This document shows, piece after piece, positions 9,034 through 16,923 of a stretch of 64,000 nucleotides of DNA. The notes under the pieces are model-generated. The model was not told the DNA's origin and ran no database searches. It worked only from the letters and a program-made list of their open reading frames with translations. The stretch lies in the NCBI GenBank assembly GCA_017656135.1, contig JACDOJ010000004.1:6007-70006 (forward strand), given 5' to 3'. Source of the DNA: Bacillota bacterium (GTDB lineage: Bacteria > Bacillota > UBA5301). The first letter of the stretch is position 1, and each line of letters begins with the position of its first letter. The position numbers and the translations under genes are program-made.

Positions 9034-10184
9034 GCTTTTGCCCCCTGATCCAAAAGCCTCCGGTAAAGGGTGTAAGTGCTTTCCACCATCTGGCTCACCG
9101 AATGCCTCTCCCACACAGTCTTTTGCAGCTTCTCTGCCAGAGCAAGGGCCAAGTCAGGTTGCCGGATTACCTGGAGGATGGCCTGGCTCAGGGCGACCGC
9201 ATCACGCGGCTCCACCAAGAGCCCGGTTTCCCCAGAGCGGATGACCCCAGGGACGCCTCCGACCCTAGTTGCTACCACCGGCAGCCCTACTGACCCTGCC
9301 TCCAGGAGGGAGAGAGGGAGCCCTTCGCTCCAGGAGGGTAGGATGAAGAGGTCGCTGCTGGCGTAGAGGGGGAGCAAGTCAGCCACCTGTCCGGCCAGTC
9401 TCGCCACTTCTTCTCCGGCGGTCCTGTTCAAGAGCTCCACTTGTCTCAGAAGATCCTTTTTTTGGGGCCCGTCGCCGGCGACAATAAACCGCACTCTTTC
9501 TCCGGCCTGCCAGACCCGTTCTGCTGCCTCCAGGAGGGTTTCCACACCCTTGGCCGGAATTAAACGGGCTGCTGTTAAGGCCACCCTGTCTTCCGGAGCC
9601 CATCCGTACCTTTTTCGGAGCTTCTGGCGCAAGGAGCGTCGCCGATTCGGATCCACCTGGTAGGCGTGAGTGTCGATCCCGTTGTAGATAATGTTCAAAA
9701 GGTGAATTGGGTAGCCCGGAATCTGGGCCAGGTACTGGGCCAGGTGTCCGGAGACGCAGACCACTGCTTGGCACCTGCGGGCTATCAGGCGTTCCACTAT
9801 CGGGTAAACCTTGTCCCAGCCCTTAACTCCCCCGGGACAAAAGTTATGGACTGTATAGACCATAGGCAGGCTCCTTTTTCCGGCGGCCAAGGAGCCGACT
9901 AGGGCCGCTTTGAAGCCATGGAGGTGCACGATGTCCACCGGAAAACGCCTGAGCAGCCGGTACAACCTGTAAACGCTCCGTCCGTCCTGGACCGGGTTGA
10001 TACCGCCAAAAAGGGGTAGGGGGTAGACTGAATCTACATAGGGTCTGAGCTGCTCGAAATCATTGGTTTTCGCGGAGAAGGCCAGGATGCGGAAACCGTA
10101 ATCCCGTGAGGCCTGGGCCAGGGTCTGCCAGTGGCGGAGCATGCCTCCAGACACTGGTCTCAAGACGTGAGCGATGGTCTGCAT
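9030..10184 (-). CDS. Glycosyltransferase, GT4 family (GT-B fold)
   Basis: 384 aa with the typical GT4 C-terminal signature (ILPSWSEGLPLSLLEAGSVGLPVVATRVGG.P..I..G.TG.LV). Confidence 0.85.
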   Translation of the reverse strand: MQTIAHVLRPVSGGMLRHWQTLAQASRDYGFRILAFSAKTNDFEQLRPYVDSVYPLPLFGGINPVQDGRSVYRLYRLLRRFPVDIVHLHGFKAALVGSLAAGKRSLPMVYTVHNFCPGGVKGWDKVYPIVERLIARRCQAVVCVSGHLAQYLAQIPGYPIHLLNIIYNGIDTHAYQVDPNRRRSLRQKLRKRYGWAPEDRVALTAARLIPAKGVETLLEAAERVWQAGERVRFIVAGDGPQKKDLLRQVELLNRTAGEEVARLAGQVADLLPLYASSDLFILPSWSEGLPLSLLEAGSVGLPVVATRVGGVPGVIRSGETGLLVEPRDAVALSQAILQVIRQPDLALALAEKLQKTVWERHSVSQMVESTYTLYRRLLDQGAKA

Positions 10185-10248
10185 TAAGAGCTCATCCTTT
10201 TCAACATCTGCTTTTTAGGGTATACTTGGAGTGTCTACGGTATGCGAA

Positions 10249-10276
10249 GGGAACTTTCTCAGCATCCCATACGTTA
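10249..10276 (+). promoter_or_regulatory. Candidate ECF-type (autoregulated) promoter: GGGAACTT, 17 nt spacer, CGTTA
   Basis: GAAC at 10251-10254 and CGT at 10272-10274 are separated by 17 nt. The site sits just upstream of the AGGAG RBS (10286-10290) of the ECF sigma gene. It resembles the GGAAC..CGT class of ECF promoters. Confidence 0.4.
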
Positions 10277-10297
10277 GTAAAGAACAGGAGATAGGTG

Positions 10298-10918
10298 ATG
10301 ACAGTGTCCTGGGCCCAGGCCATTGCGAAATCCAAAACCACCAAGAGGACGGCCGAGAGCGATCGTGAGCTCTTTGCCTCCATGGTGCAGGAACATGAGC
10401 GGTATCTTTTTAACATCGCTTATCGCCTGGCGGGGAACAGGGAGGAGGCTGAAGATCTAGTCCAGGAAGCTCTGGTGCGGGCGTTCCGGTCCTTTAGATC
10501 CTTCGAACCGGGGACTTCCTTTAAGAGCTGGCTGTACCGGATCGTCTCCAACCTCTACGTGGACACTTTGCGCAAACGGTCTAAGTACCGGGAGGAGTCT
10601 TTAGACGAGCCGATTATCTACGAAAACGGTGAGTTTAAAAAGAGCATCCCGGATTACTCTGCAGATCCTTCCCAGTTAGTGGAGGAAACCGGTTTTGTGG
10701 GAGAGGTCCAAAAGGCTTTGGATTGTTTGCCGGCCGAGTACCGCTTGGCTGTCATTCTCTGCGATGTTCAGGGTTTCTCTTATGAGGAGATTGCTGAGAT
10801 CATGGACTGTTCGATCGGTACAGTTCGTTCCCGAATCCACCGTGGACGCAAAGCTCTCAGAAAATATCTGGAGGAGTTCGGCAAGGAGAGGAACTGGCTG
10901 CCCGGGACAGTCCAATAG
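10298..10918 (+). CDS. ECF (group 4) RNA polymerase sigma factor
   Basis: Region 2 (YRLAGNREEAEDLVQEALVRAF..F) and region 4 (LP.EYR.AVILCDVQGFSYEEIAEIM.CS.GTVRSRIHRGRK.L) motifs are present. The start was set to the ATG at 10298, 7 nt after AGGAG. Confidence 0.85.
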   Translation: MTVSWAQAIAKSKTTKRTAESDRELFASMVQEHERYLFNIAYRLAGNREEAEDLVQEALVRAFRSFRSFEPGTSFKSWLYRIVSNLYVDTLRKRSKYREESLDEPIIYENGEFKKSIPDYSADPSQLVEETGFVGEVQKALDCLPAEYRLAVILCDVQGFSYEEIAEIMDCSIGTVRSRIHRGRKALRKYLEEFGKERNWLPGTVQ

Positions 10919-10944
10919 ACGGACTACGAGGGTGGTGAGTTGCA

Positions 10945-11499
10945 GTGAACTGTCAAAAGGTTGATAATCTTTTATCTGCCTTTATTGACAGGGAGGTCTC
11001 CCCGGAGGAGAGCCGGGAGATCCGCCTCCACGTGGAGGAGTGCGATCTTTGCCGACAGACCTACCTCGAGTTGAGCCAAGTCAAGGATGCTCTGGCTTCT
11101 TTGGGTGAGATAGAGCTCCCCCCCGGATTCCATTCTCACCTCTTGGATCAACTGAAACAGGCTGAAGAACCGTGGATTATGCGCTGGCTGCAGCAGTTTA
11201 AACCGCTGGTCTTTGCCGGGGCCTTAGGCGTTCTGTTTGCTACCATCGGCCTGCCACTGGCTCAGGGTGCCAAGGTGGTTCAGCCTGATCCCTTATCTGA
11301 CTTGCGTTTCTTAATCAGCGAACACCAGCGGTTTCAGCAAAGCGAACCCTTCAGCAATTCGCTACCGCCGACTGTTACCAACCTGTTACCGGAGGTCCGC
11401 TACCGACCGGTCCACGTGGACGACTTTTTCATCCGGACTGTAAGCACCGAGCATAATTACGCTCAAGAAGTGGTTTTAAGCCATCACCTAAGGTATTAG
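10945..11499 (+). CDS. Anti-sigma factor, zinc-finger (zf-HC2/ZAS) type, single-pass membrane protein
   Basis: The N-terminus (C..V..LLSAFID.E.....REI..H...C..C) gives an H-x3-C-x2-C motif. There is one central TM segment (LVFAGALGVLFATIGL). It lies directly downstream of the ECF sigma gene. Confidence 0.7.
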   Translation: MNCQKVDNLLSAFIDREVSPEESREIRLHVEECDLCRQTYLELSQVKDALASLGEIELPPGFHSHLLDQLKQAEEPWIMRWLQQFKPLVFAGALGVLFATIGLPLAQGAKVVQPDPLSDLRFLISEHQRFQQSEPFSNSLPPTVTNLLPEVRYRPVHVDDFFIRTVSTEHNYAQEVVLSHHLRY

Positions 11500-11509
11500 G
11501 AGACGTCAG

Positions 11510-12544
11510 ATGAAACACAAGTGGTGGTTAACTTTCACATTGGCCCTCTTGGTTTTGACCGCGGGTCTGCACGCGCTGGCCGGGGAGAAATACGACCGAC
11601 TGTTGGAGATGGCCATTCTGGCTCCAAAACGCTTTTCCTATTCCGGAACCATGGTTAATGTGACCTGGTCCGGCCAGGATGCGGCCAGCACGAAATTACG
11701 GTTTTACCATGCCGCCCCCGGGCAGAGCCGGTGGGAGGTCTTGGATGATGAGGGCCAGGTCAAAGTGGTGGTAATAGAGGATTTCAAGCGGCGCTGGGAG
11801 ATATATCCGGCAGAGCACAAGGTCTATGTCACCTCATCCCTGGAGTGCTGCCTTAATGAGTCCTACGCCGAACTGGCCAGGCTCAATGCCAATTACGAAA
11901 TTAGAGTGAACGGAACCGGCCAGGTTGCCGGTAGGGAAACCGTGATCATCTCCTTGAGACCCAGGTTTTCCACGAGTCCTGCTCGGCTGATCTGGCTGGA
12001 TACTGAAACCGGGGTGGTTCTGCGCTGGGAAGAGTACTCCGGTGAGGGCTCCCTTACTGAGCTGGGGGTCTTTACTGATTTCAGAATAGAGCGTTCCCTG
12101 GACTCAGAGTTGTTTCACTACCACCCTGGGCACAAGGACCAGGTTAAATACCACGAGTATTCAGAGCTGCCTCAGGAGGTGGTTGAGCTCCAAAAACGGA
12201 CTGCGGCTGTGATCAGGTACCCAAGTGAACTGCCGCCAGGGTACCGCTTCAGCAGAGGGCGGGTCTTGTCCCGGTACGCTCCAAACGATACGGTCCAACT
12301 ACAGTTCACCGACGGACTCAATTGCATCTCCATCTTTCAGACCTTTTACCCTGCGGGACCACTGGAGCCCGGGCCGCACTTAGAAGACGCCACCCGGATG
12401 CTGATGAATAACACCCCGGTTTACCTGGTGGAAACCCCGGCAGGCTACGTCCTGAGCTGGACCAAAGGCAATGTAGCTTACCATATTGTCGGGGATATTC
12501 CTATAGAGCAGATTAGGGCCCTGGCCCATTCTTTAGGCAAATAG
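11510..12544 (+). CDS. Secreted RseB/MucB-like (LolA-fold-like) protein with a DUF4367-like C-terminus
   Basis: It has a signal peptide and an N-terminal pattern (FSYSGTMVNV...RFYH....SRWEVLD) reminiscent of RseB/MucB. The C-terminus (LSWTKGNVAYHIVGDIPIEQIRALAHSL) is reminiscent of DUF4367. The assignment comes from pattern and operon context, not from a search. Confidence 0.5.
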   Translation: MKHKWWLTFTLALLVLTAGLHALAGEKYDRLLEMAILAPKRFSYSGTMVNVTWSGQDAASTKLRFYHAAPGQSRWEVLDDEGQVKVVVIEDFKRRWEIYPAEHKVYVTSSLECCLNESYAELARLNANYEIRVNGTGQVAGRETVIISLRPRFSTSPARLIWLDTETGVVLRWEEYSGEGSLTELGVFTDFRIERSLDSELFHYHPGHKDQVKYHEYSELPQEVVELQKRTAAVIRYPSELPPGYRFSRGRVLSRYAPNDTVQLQFTDGLNCISIFQTFYPAGPLEPGPHLEDATRMLMNNTPVYLVETPAGYVLSWTKGNVAYHIVGDIPIEQIRALAHSLGK

Positions 12545-12572
12545 GTATCTTATCTGTAAAGGAGGAGGCAGT

Positions 12573-13760
12573 ATGATCAAATCTTTGAAAAAGTATATTC
12601 CCCTATTGATCGTCGGTATCATTGCCGCCAGCATCGGTGGAGTCATCACCGCCAATTTGTTGATTGAGAAACCGGCCTTAGCAGAGGATCAAAAGGATGA
12701 GACAGTGACTATCAAACCGGTGGCCATCACCGGCGATCCTAACGCAATAGCCAATGTGGCTGAGATGGCTTCCAAAGCCGTGGTTAAGATTGAAACAACT
12801 TACAAACCCGCGGCTCAAAAGTATCTCACTGATAACCCCTTCTTTAATGATCCCTTTTTCCGGTACTTCTTCGGGGATATTCAGCCGATGCCGGACCAGG
12901 CTCCCAGGGAGGGTATGGGTTCCGGTTTCATCTTCCGGGAAGACGGTTACATTCTGACCAATGATCACGTGGTCCGGGGTGCCGATGAGATCAACGTCTT
13001 CATCTACGGTTATGATAAGCCTCTAAAAGCGGAAATTGTTGGCGCCGATGCCAGTTTGGACCTGGCCGTCTTGAAAGTTGACCCTAAAGGCAAAAAACTG
13101 CCGACCGTGAAACTGGGCGACTCCAACAAACTTCGGATCGGTGAGTGGGCTGTGGCCATCGGTGACCCTTACGGGATGGACTGGACAGTCACCGCCGGCG
13201 TAATCAGTGCCAAGGGACGACCTTTAACCATCAGGGACAACGACGGGCGGGCCCGGCGGTACAAGGACCTGATCCAAACCGATGCGGCCATCAATCCCGG
13301 TAACTCCGGCGGTCCGCTCCTGAACCTTAAGGGCGAGGTTATCGGCATCAATACTGCAGTTAACGCCGCCGCACAGGGCATTGGTTTCGCCATTCCCATC
13401 AACACCGCCAAAGAGGTCCTCTCCGACCTCATCGATCACGGACAGGTGATCCGGCCCTGGTTGGGCGTCTCCATCACCGATGTCACTGAAGATATGGCCG
13501 AAGCTTTAGGGCTTTCTTCCACCGACGGTGTTCTGGTGGCGGATGTGGTACCCGGTAGCCCTGCTGACAAGGCCGGCATCATGCGCTACGACGTCATTCT
13601 GGAGGTCAATAAGACTCCGGTTAAATCCAGTGACCACCTGGTGGAACTGATTCGCAGCACCGACGTGGACGAAACAGTGGCCATCTTGATCAGCCGGAAC
13701 GGTCGAACCAGACTGGTCACTGCCAAAATCGACAAAGCTCCAGCAGACCTGCGGATGTAG
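12573..13760 (+). CDS. htrA: HtrA/DegP/DegQ-family periplasmic serine protease with one PDZ domain
   Basis: It has an N-terminal TM anchor, a trypsin-like core (TNDHVV, LDLAVLKV, TDAAINPGNSGGPLLN) and a PDZ domain (VLVADVVPGSPADKAG...DVILEVN). Confidence 0.9.
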   Translation: MIKSLKKYIPLLIVGIIAASIGGVITANLLIEKPALAEDQKDETVTIKPVAITGDPNAIANVAEMASKAVVKIETTYKPAAQKYLTDNPFFNDPFFRYFFGDIQPMPDQAPREGMGSGFIFREDGYILTNDHVVRGADEINVFIYGYDKPLKAEIVGADASLDLAVLKVDPKGKKLPTVKLGDSNKLRIGEWAVAIGDPYGMDWTVTAGVISAKGRPLTIRDNDGRARRYKDLIQTDAAINPGNSGGPLLNLKGEVIGINTAVNAAAQGIGFAIPINTAKEVLSDLIDHGQVIRPWLGVSITDVTEDMAEALGLSSTDGVLVADVVPGSPADKAGIMRYDVILEVNKTPVKSSDHLVELIRSTDVDETVAILISRNGRTRLVTAKIDKAPADLRM

Positions 13761-13784
13761 CTGAGAGCTTGAAAAGAAGACATG

Positions 13785-13816
13785 AAAAAACCCGGGCCAA
13801 ATGACCCGGGTTTATT
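13785..13816. terminator. Bidirectional intrinsic terminator between htrA (+) and the cytochrome gene (-)
   Basis: A perfect 9-bp stem AAACCCGGG (13788-13796) / CCCGGGTTT (13805-13813) with an 8-nt loop. It is flanked by an A-run upstream and a T-rich run downstream. Confidence 0.7.
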
Positions 13817-13836
13817 ATTATTTGGATTTATTTTTT

Positions 13837-14199
13837 TTACTTAGCGTACTCTAAACCGATTTTACCGGTGTTGGGATCGACGGTGTGGCAGTTCTGGCAG
13901 CGGCCTTCATATTTCTCGATGAAGTGGTTTTCGCCTTCATGATAGTGAGCCTTGTGCAGGATAGGACCGAAAGCCAGTTTGCCGGATTTGTGGCATTTTA
14001 AGCAGTCCTCATAGAGAGCACCGGGTTTTACAGGCGGGTGCCCCTTGATGTTCTTAACTTCGGCGGTAAGGTCGTACTTGCTGCCGACTACGTGACAGTT
14101 AGCGGCGCCGCAACCCTTACCTTCGGCAGCCATAACAAAAAGGCTCATAGAAGTAAGAATAAGAGCAGCAACAGTAAGGGTTAGAAGAGTTCTCTTCAA
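13837..14199 (-). CDS. Small secreted multihaem c-type cytochrome (three haem-binding motifs)
   Basis: Motifs CGAANCH (CX4CH), CLKCH and CQNCH are present, plus extra His residues and an N-terminal signal/anchor (LLTLTVAALILTSMSLFVMA). The start was placed at the TTG at 14199, 8 nt after AGGGAGGAG. The ORF track extends to a GTG at 14250. Confidence 0.7.
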   Translation of the reverse strand: MKRTLLTLTVAALILTSMSLFVMAAEGKGCGAANCHVVGSKYDLTAEVKNIKGHPPVKPGALYEDCLKCHKSGKLAFGPILHKAHYHEGENHFIEKYEGRCQNCHTVDPNTGKIGLEYAK

Positions 14200-14232
14200 A
14201 GCCTTCTCCTCCCTCAAATATGATATTTTTTT

Positions 14233-14251
14233 GGTGCAAATATTTTGCACC
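14233..14251. promoter_or_regulatory. Perfect 8-bp inverted repeat GGTGCAAA-TAT-TTTGCACC in the cytochrome gene leader (operator or 5' UTR hairpin)
   Basis: Read directly from the sequence. It lies between the candidate promoter and the RBS of the cytochrome c gene. Confidence 0.4.
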
Positions 14252-14258
14252 TAACTAA

Positions 14259-14288
14259 ACTATAGCATAATATATCCAAGCCTGTAAA
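14259..14288 (-). promoter_or_regulatory. Candidate sigma-A promoter for the cytochrome c gene (TTTACA, 18 nt spacer, TATAGT on the minus strand)
   Basis: The reverse complement of 14283-14288 is TTTACA and of 14259-14264 is TATAGT, in an AT-rich 42-nt intergenic spacer. Confidence 0.35.
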
Positions 14289-14292
14289 TGCT

Positions 14293-14634
14293 TTAGTCTA
14301 TTGCCAAATTATTACTTGCACCAAGGTTCTTGGCTGCTTGAGTGAAGACGTTCTCCCGGGAGGTATAGCCGCAGAGGGCACAGCGGACCTCTAAGTAAAG
14401 CTCGCCATCATCTAAAACATCCTCCCATTCATCAGCCGCCCAGACGATCTTGCCGGTATTCGGGTCAATCCTCACCTCCTGAGCCAGCTTCTTGATGAGA
14501 TAGAACCGGCTCCTGTTCCCCTGGCAGCTGGGGCACAAGTACTTATGGTTCAACCAAACCGCCTCCCTTTTCTGGTAGTATTGCGCGAAGTCCCTCAGGG
14601 AGATACTAAGGGCGGGAGGGAATGATGCTGTCAT
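14293..14634 (-). CDS. Hypothetical zinc-ribbon protein (CxxC ... CxxC)
   Basis: 113-aa ORF with CPSC and CALC pairs about 55 residues apart. No family recognised, and the start is uncertain. Confidence 0.5.
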   Translation of the reverse strand: MTASFPPALSISLRDFAQYYQKREAVWLNHKYLCPSCQGNRSRFYLIKKLAQEVRIDPNTGKIVWAADEWEDVLDDGELYLEVRCALCGYTSRENVFTQAAKNLGASNNLAID

Positions 14635-14791
14635 GGTTTACTGGTTCAATAACAGCACCTATACCTGCAGTGAGTGTGGAAACACCTTCACTCTCAACCT
14701 GGACAAATACGAAGGCTACTATATCTTGCATTGTCCTTACTGCGGCAATAACTACTACTTTGAACTCCTTACTACAGAGGACCAAACCTAG
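14633..14791 (+). CDS. Small zinc-ribbon protein, 52 aa (below the ORF-track cutoff)
   Basis: Hand translation gives MVYWFNNSTYTCSECGNTFTLNLDKYEGYYILHCPYCGNNYYFELLTTEDQT*, with CSEC and CPYC 17 residues apart. GGGAGGG lies 13 nt upstream, a long spacer. It is co-oriented with and just upstream of ywlE. Confidence 0.45.
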   Translation: MVYWFNNSTYTCSECGNTFTLNLDKYEGYYILHCPYCGNNYYFELLTTEDQT

Positions 14792-14839
14792 AAGGACTTG
14801 GTTTCCTCCTTGCCGAAAGACTTTTGAGGTGATTTTCCA

Positions 14840-15322
14840 GTGAAATCGGTCCTTTTTGTTTGCACCGGGAATACCTGCCGCAGCAGCATGGCAGAGGCGC
14901 TGCTCCGAAATATCTTAAAAGACAAGGGGCTTGATTCTAAGGTGCAGGTCTCCAGCGCAGGGGTGAGCGCGCTGCCTTCTATGCCAGCCAGTCCTGAAGC
15001 AGTGGAGGTTCTGGCCAAAGGTTGGCAATTGGACATCTCCAGCCACAAAGCGACTCAGCTCACTGACGAGCTGGTTTCCGGTGCCGACTTGATTTTGACC
15101 ATGTCTAAGAGTCACCAAGACTACATCCTTCAGGTAGTTCCTGAGGCCAAGGAAAAGGTCTTCCTGCTCAGCGAGTTTGCCGGGCAGAATGGGGATGTCT
15201 CTGACCCCATCGGCCGCGGCCGGGAGGAGTATCAGCGGGTGGCTGAGGAGATCGAGGGGTACCTGCAAAAAGCCCTGCCTAAAATGATAGATTTTCTAGG
15301 ACTTAAGGAGGGAGCTGAGTGA
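14840..15322 (+). CDS. ywlE: Low-molecular-weight protein phosphatase (YwlE-like arginine/tyrosine phosphatase)
   Basis: The P-loop VLFVCTGNTCRSSMAE and the DP motif (VSDPIG) are present. Synteny with rpiB and upp matches Bacillus ywlE-ywlF. Confidence 0.85.
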   Translation: MKSVLFVCTGNTCRSSMAEALLRNILKDKGLDSKVQVSSAGVSALPSMPASPEAVEVLAKGWQLDISSHKATQLTDELVSGADLILTMSKSHQDYILQVVPEAKEKVFLLSEFAGQNGDVSDPIGRGREEYQRVAEEIEGYLQKALPKMIDFLGLKEGAE

Positions 15323-15756
15323 AGGTTGCAATCGGATCTGACCACGGCGGCTATACCATCAAGGAATTGCTCAAGAGGGAGTTGAGCAAAGAAGGGATAG
15401 AGTTTACGGATTTTGGTACCTTCAGCACTGAATCCTGTGATTATCCCGACTACGCCTTCAAGGTAGCCGAGGCTGTGGCCAGAGGAGAATTCGAACGTGG
15501 CATACTGATTTGTGGGACAGGCATCGGCATGAGCATCGCTGCCAATAAGGTGAAAGGTGTGCGGGCAGCCCTCTGCCACGATGTCTTTTCCGCAGAAGCC
15601 ACCCGCCTGCACAATGACAGCAATGTCTTGACCATGGGCGAGCGAGTGGTCGGTCCCGGGTTGGCTTTGAAGATTGCCAGGACCTGGCTGAACACCGAGT
15701 TTTCCGGTGAGGAGAGGCACCGGCGGCGGATCGATAAGATCACCGACTACGAGTAA
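15319..15756 (+). CDS. rpiB: Ribose-5-phosphate isomerase B (RpiB/LacAB family)
   Basis: [35 protein letters not shown] and RH.RR motifs are present. Confidence 0.9.
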   Translation: MKVAIGSDHGGYTIKELLKRELSKEGIEFTDFGTFSTESCDYPDYAFKVAEAVARGEFERGILICGTGIGMSIAANKVKGVRAALCHDVFSAEATRLHNDSNVLTMGERVVGPGLALKIARTWLNTEFSGEERHRRRIDKITDYE

Positions 15757-15776
15757 GCACGGAGGAGGAATTTTTA

Positions 15777-16400
15777 ATGGTCCATGTTATTGATCACCCA
15801 CTGATCCAGCACAAGCTGGCCTACATTCGCGATGTCAATACCGGCCCCAAAGAGTTCAGGGAGCTGGTTGATGAGGTTGCCACCCTGATGGCCTACGAGG
15901 TCACTAGAAACATGCCCTTGGAGGAGGTTATCATCCAGACCCCGTTGGCTAAGGCCAAGTGTAAGATGATCTCCGGCAAAAAACTGGCTTTGGTGCCGAT
16001 TTTACGCGCCGGTCTGGGCATGGTCGACGGTATCCTGAAACTGATACCCCACGCCCGGGTAGGTCACATCGGAATGTACCGTGATCCGGAATCCCTGAAG
16101 CCCGTCTCCTACTACGGTAAACTTCCCCCGGACATTCAGGAACGGGATGTGATTATCATTGATCCTATGCTGGCCACCGGAGGCTCTGCCGCAGCGGCGG
16201 TGGACTTTTTGAAGGAACGGGGTGCCACCAGCATCAAACTGATGTGTTTGATTGCGGCGCCTGAGGGGATACGTTTCTTCGAAGGACGCCACCCGGATGT
16301 GGACATCTACGTGGCAGCTGTTGACGAAAAGCTCAATGAGCACAGCTACATCGTTCCTGGCTTAGGTGATGCCGGTGACCGGCTATTCGGGACCAAGTAA
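15777..16400 (+). CDS. upp: Uracil phosphoribosyltransferase
   Basis: HPLI.HKL..RD..T....[15 protein letters not shown] and the D.MLATGGS and [14 protein letters not shown] motifs are present. Confidence 0.95.
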   Translation: MVHVIDHPLIQHKLAYIRDVNTGPKEFRELVDEVATLMAYEVTRNMPLEEVIIQTPLAKAKCKMISGKKLALVPILRAGLGMVDGILKLIPHARVGHIGMYRDPESLKPVSYYGKLPPDIQERDVIIIDPMLATGGSAAAAVDFLKERGATSIKLMCLIAAPEGIRFFEGRHPDVDIYVAAVDEKLNEHSYIVPGLGDAGDRLFGTK

Positions 16401-16401
16401 A

Positions 16402-16854
16402 ATGAAGAAAGAGCGTCCTTCCTGGGATGAGTATTTCATGGAAATCGCCGAGCTAGTGGCGAAGCGCTCCACTTGCCTGCGCCGGCAGATCGGAGCGGTG
16501 ATTGTCAAAGACCGCAGGATCCTCACCACCGGCTATAACGGGGCACCGTCGGGAATACCTCACTGTTCGGAGGTGGGCTGTCTGCGGGAGCAGCTTCAGG
16601 TGCCTTCAGGGGAACGTCATGAGCTCTGCCGGGCGATTCACGCTGAGCAGAACGCCATCATTCAAGCGGCCTACCATGGCGTTTCCTTAGTGGGTGGGAC
16701 ATGCTATACCACCTGCCAACCCTGCAGCCTCTGCGCCAAGATGCTGATCAATGCCGGCATCGAGACCATAATCTACAAAGGGAGTTACCCCGACCCGTTG
16801 GCTCAGGAGTTCTTGGATACTGCTGGGGTCAAGACGGTTAAGTTTGACAAGTAG
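16402..16854 (+). CDS. comEB: dCMP deaminase (ComEB-like cytidine/deoxycytidylate deaminase)
   Basis: WDEYFM.IA..VA.RSTC, HAEQNAI and PC..CAK..INAGI zinc-binding motifs are present. The start was set to the ATG at 16402 (MKKERPSW), just after the upp stop. Confidence 0.85.
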   Translation: MKKERPSWDEYFMEIAELVAKRSTCLRRQIGAVIVKDRRILTTGYNGAPSGIPHCSEVGCLREQLQVPSGERHELCRAIHAEQNAIIQAAYHGVSLVGGTCYTTCQPCSLCAKMLINAGIETIIYKGSYPDPLAQEFLDTAGVKTVKFDK

Positions 16855-16923
16855 GGCCTCTTGCCATACAATAAAACTGCAGCTAGATGCAGAGAATGGT
16901 GTTTACTGGAAGGAGGTGAGCCC

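Noticed and set aside
9034-9114. Upstream extension of the 735-aa membrane protein
   Set aside because: The extension lies inside the GT4 coding region. MKKAF at 9033 gives a proper signal peptide and ATGA-type coupling.
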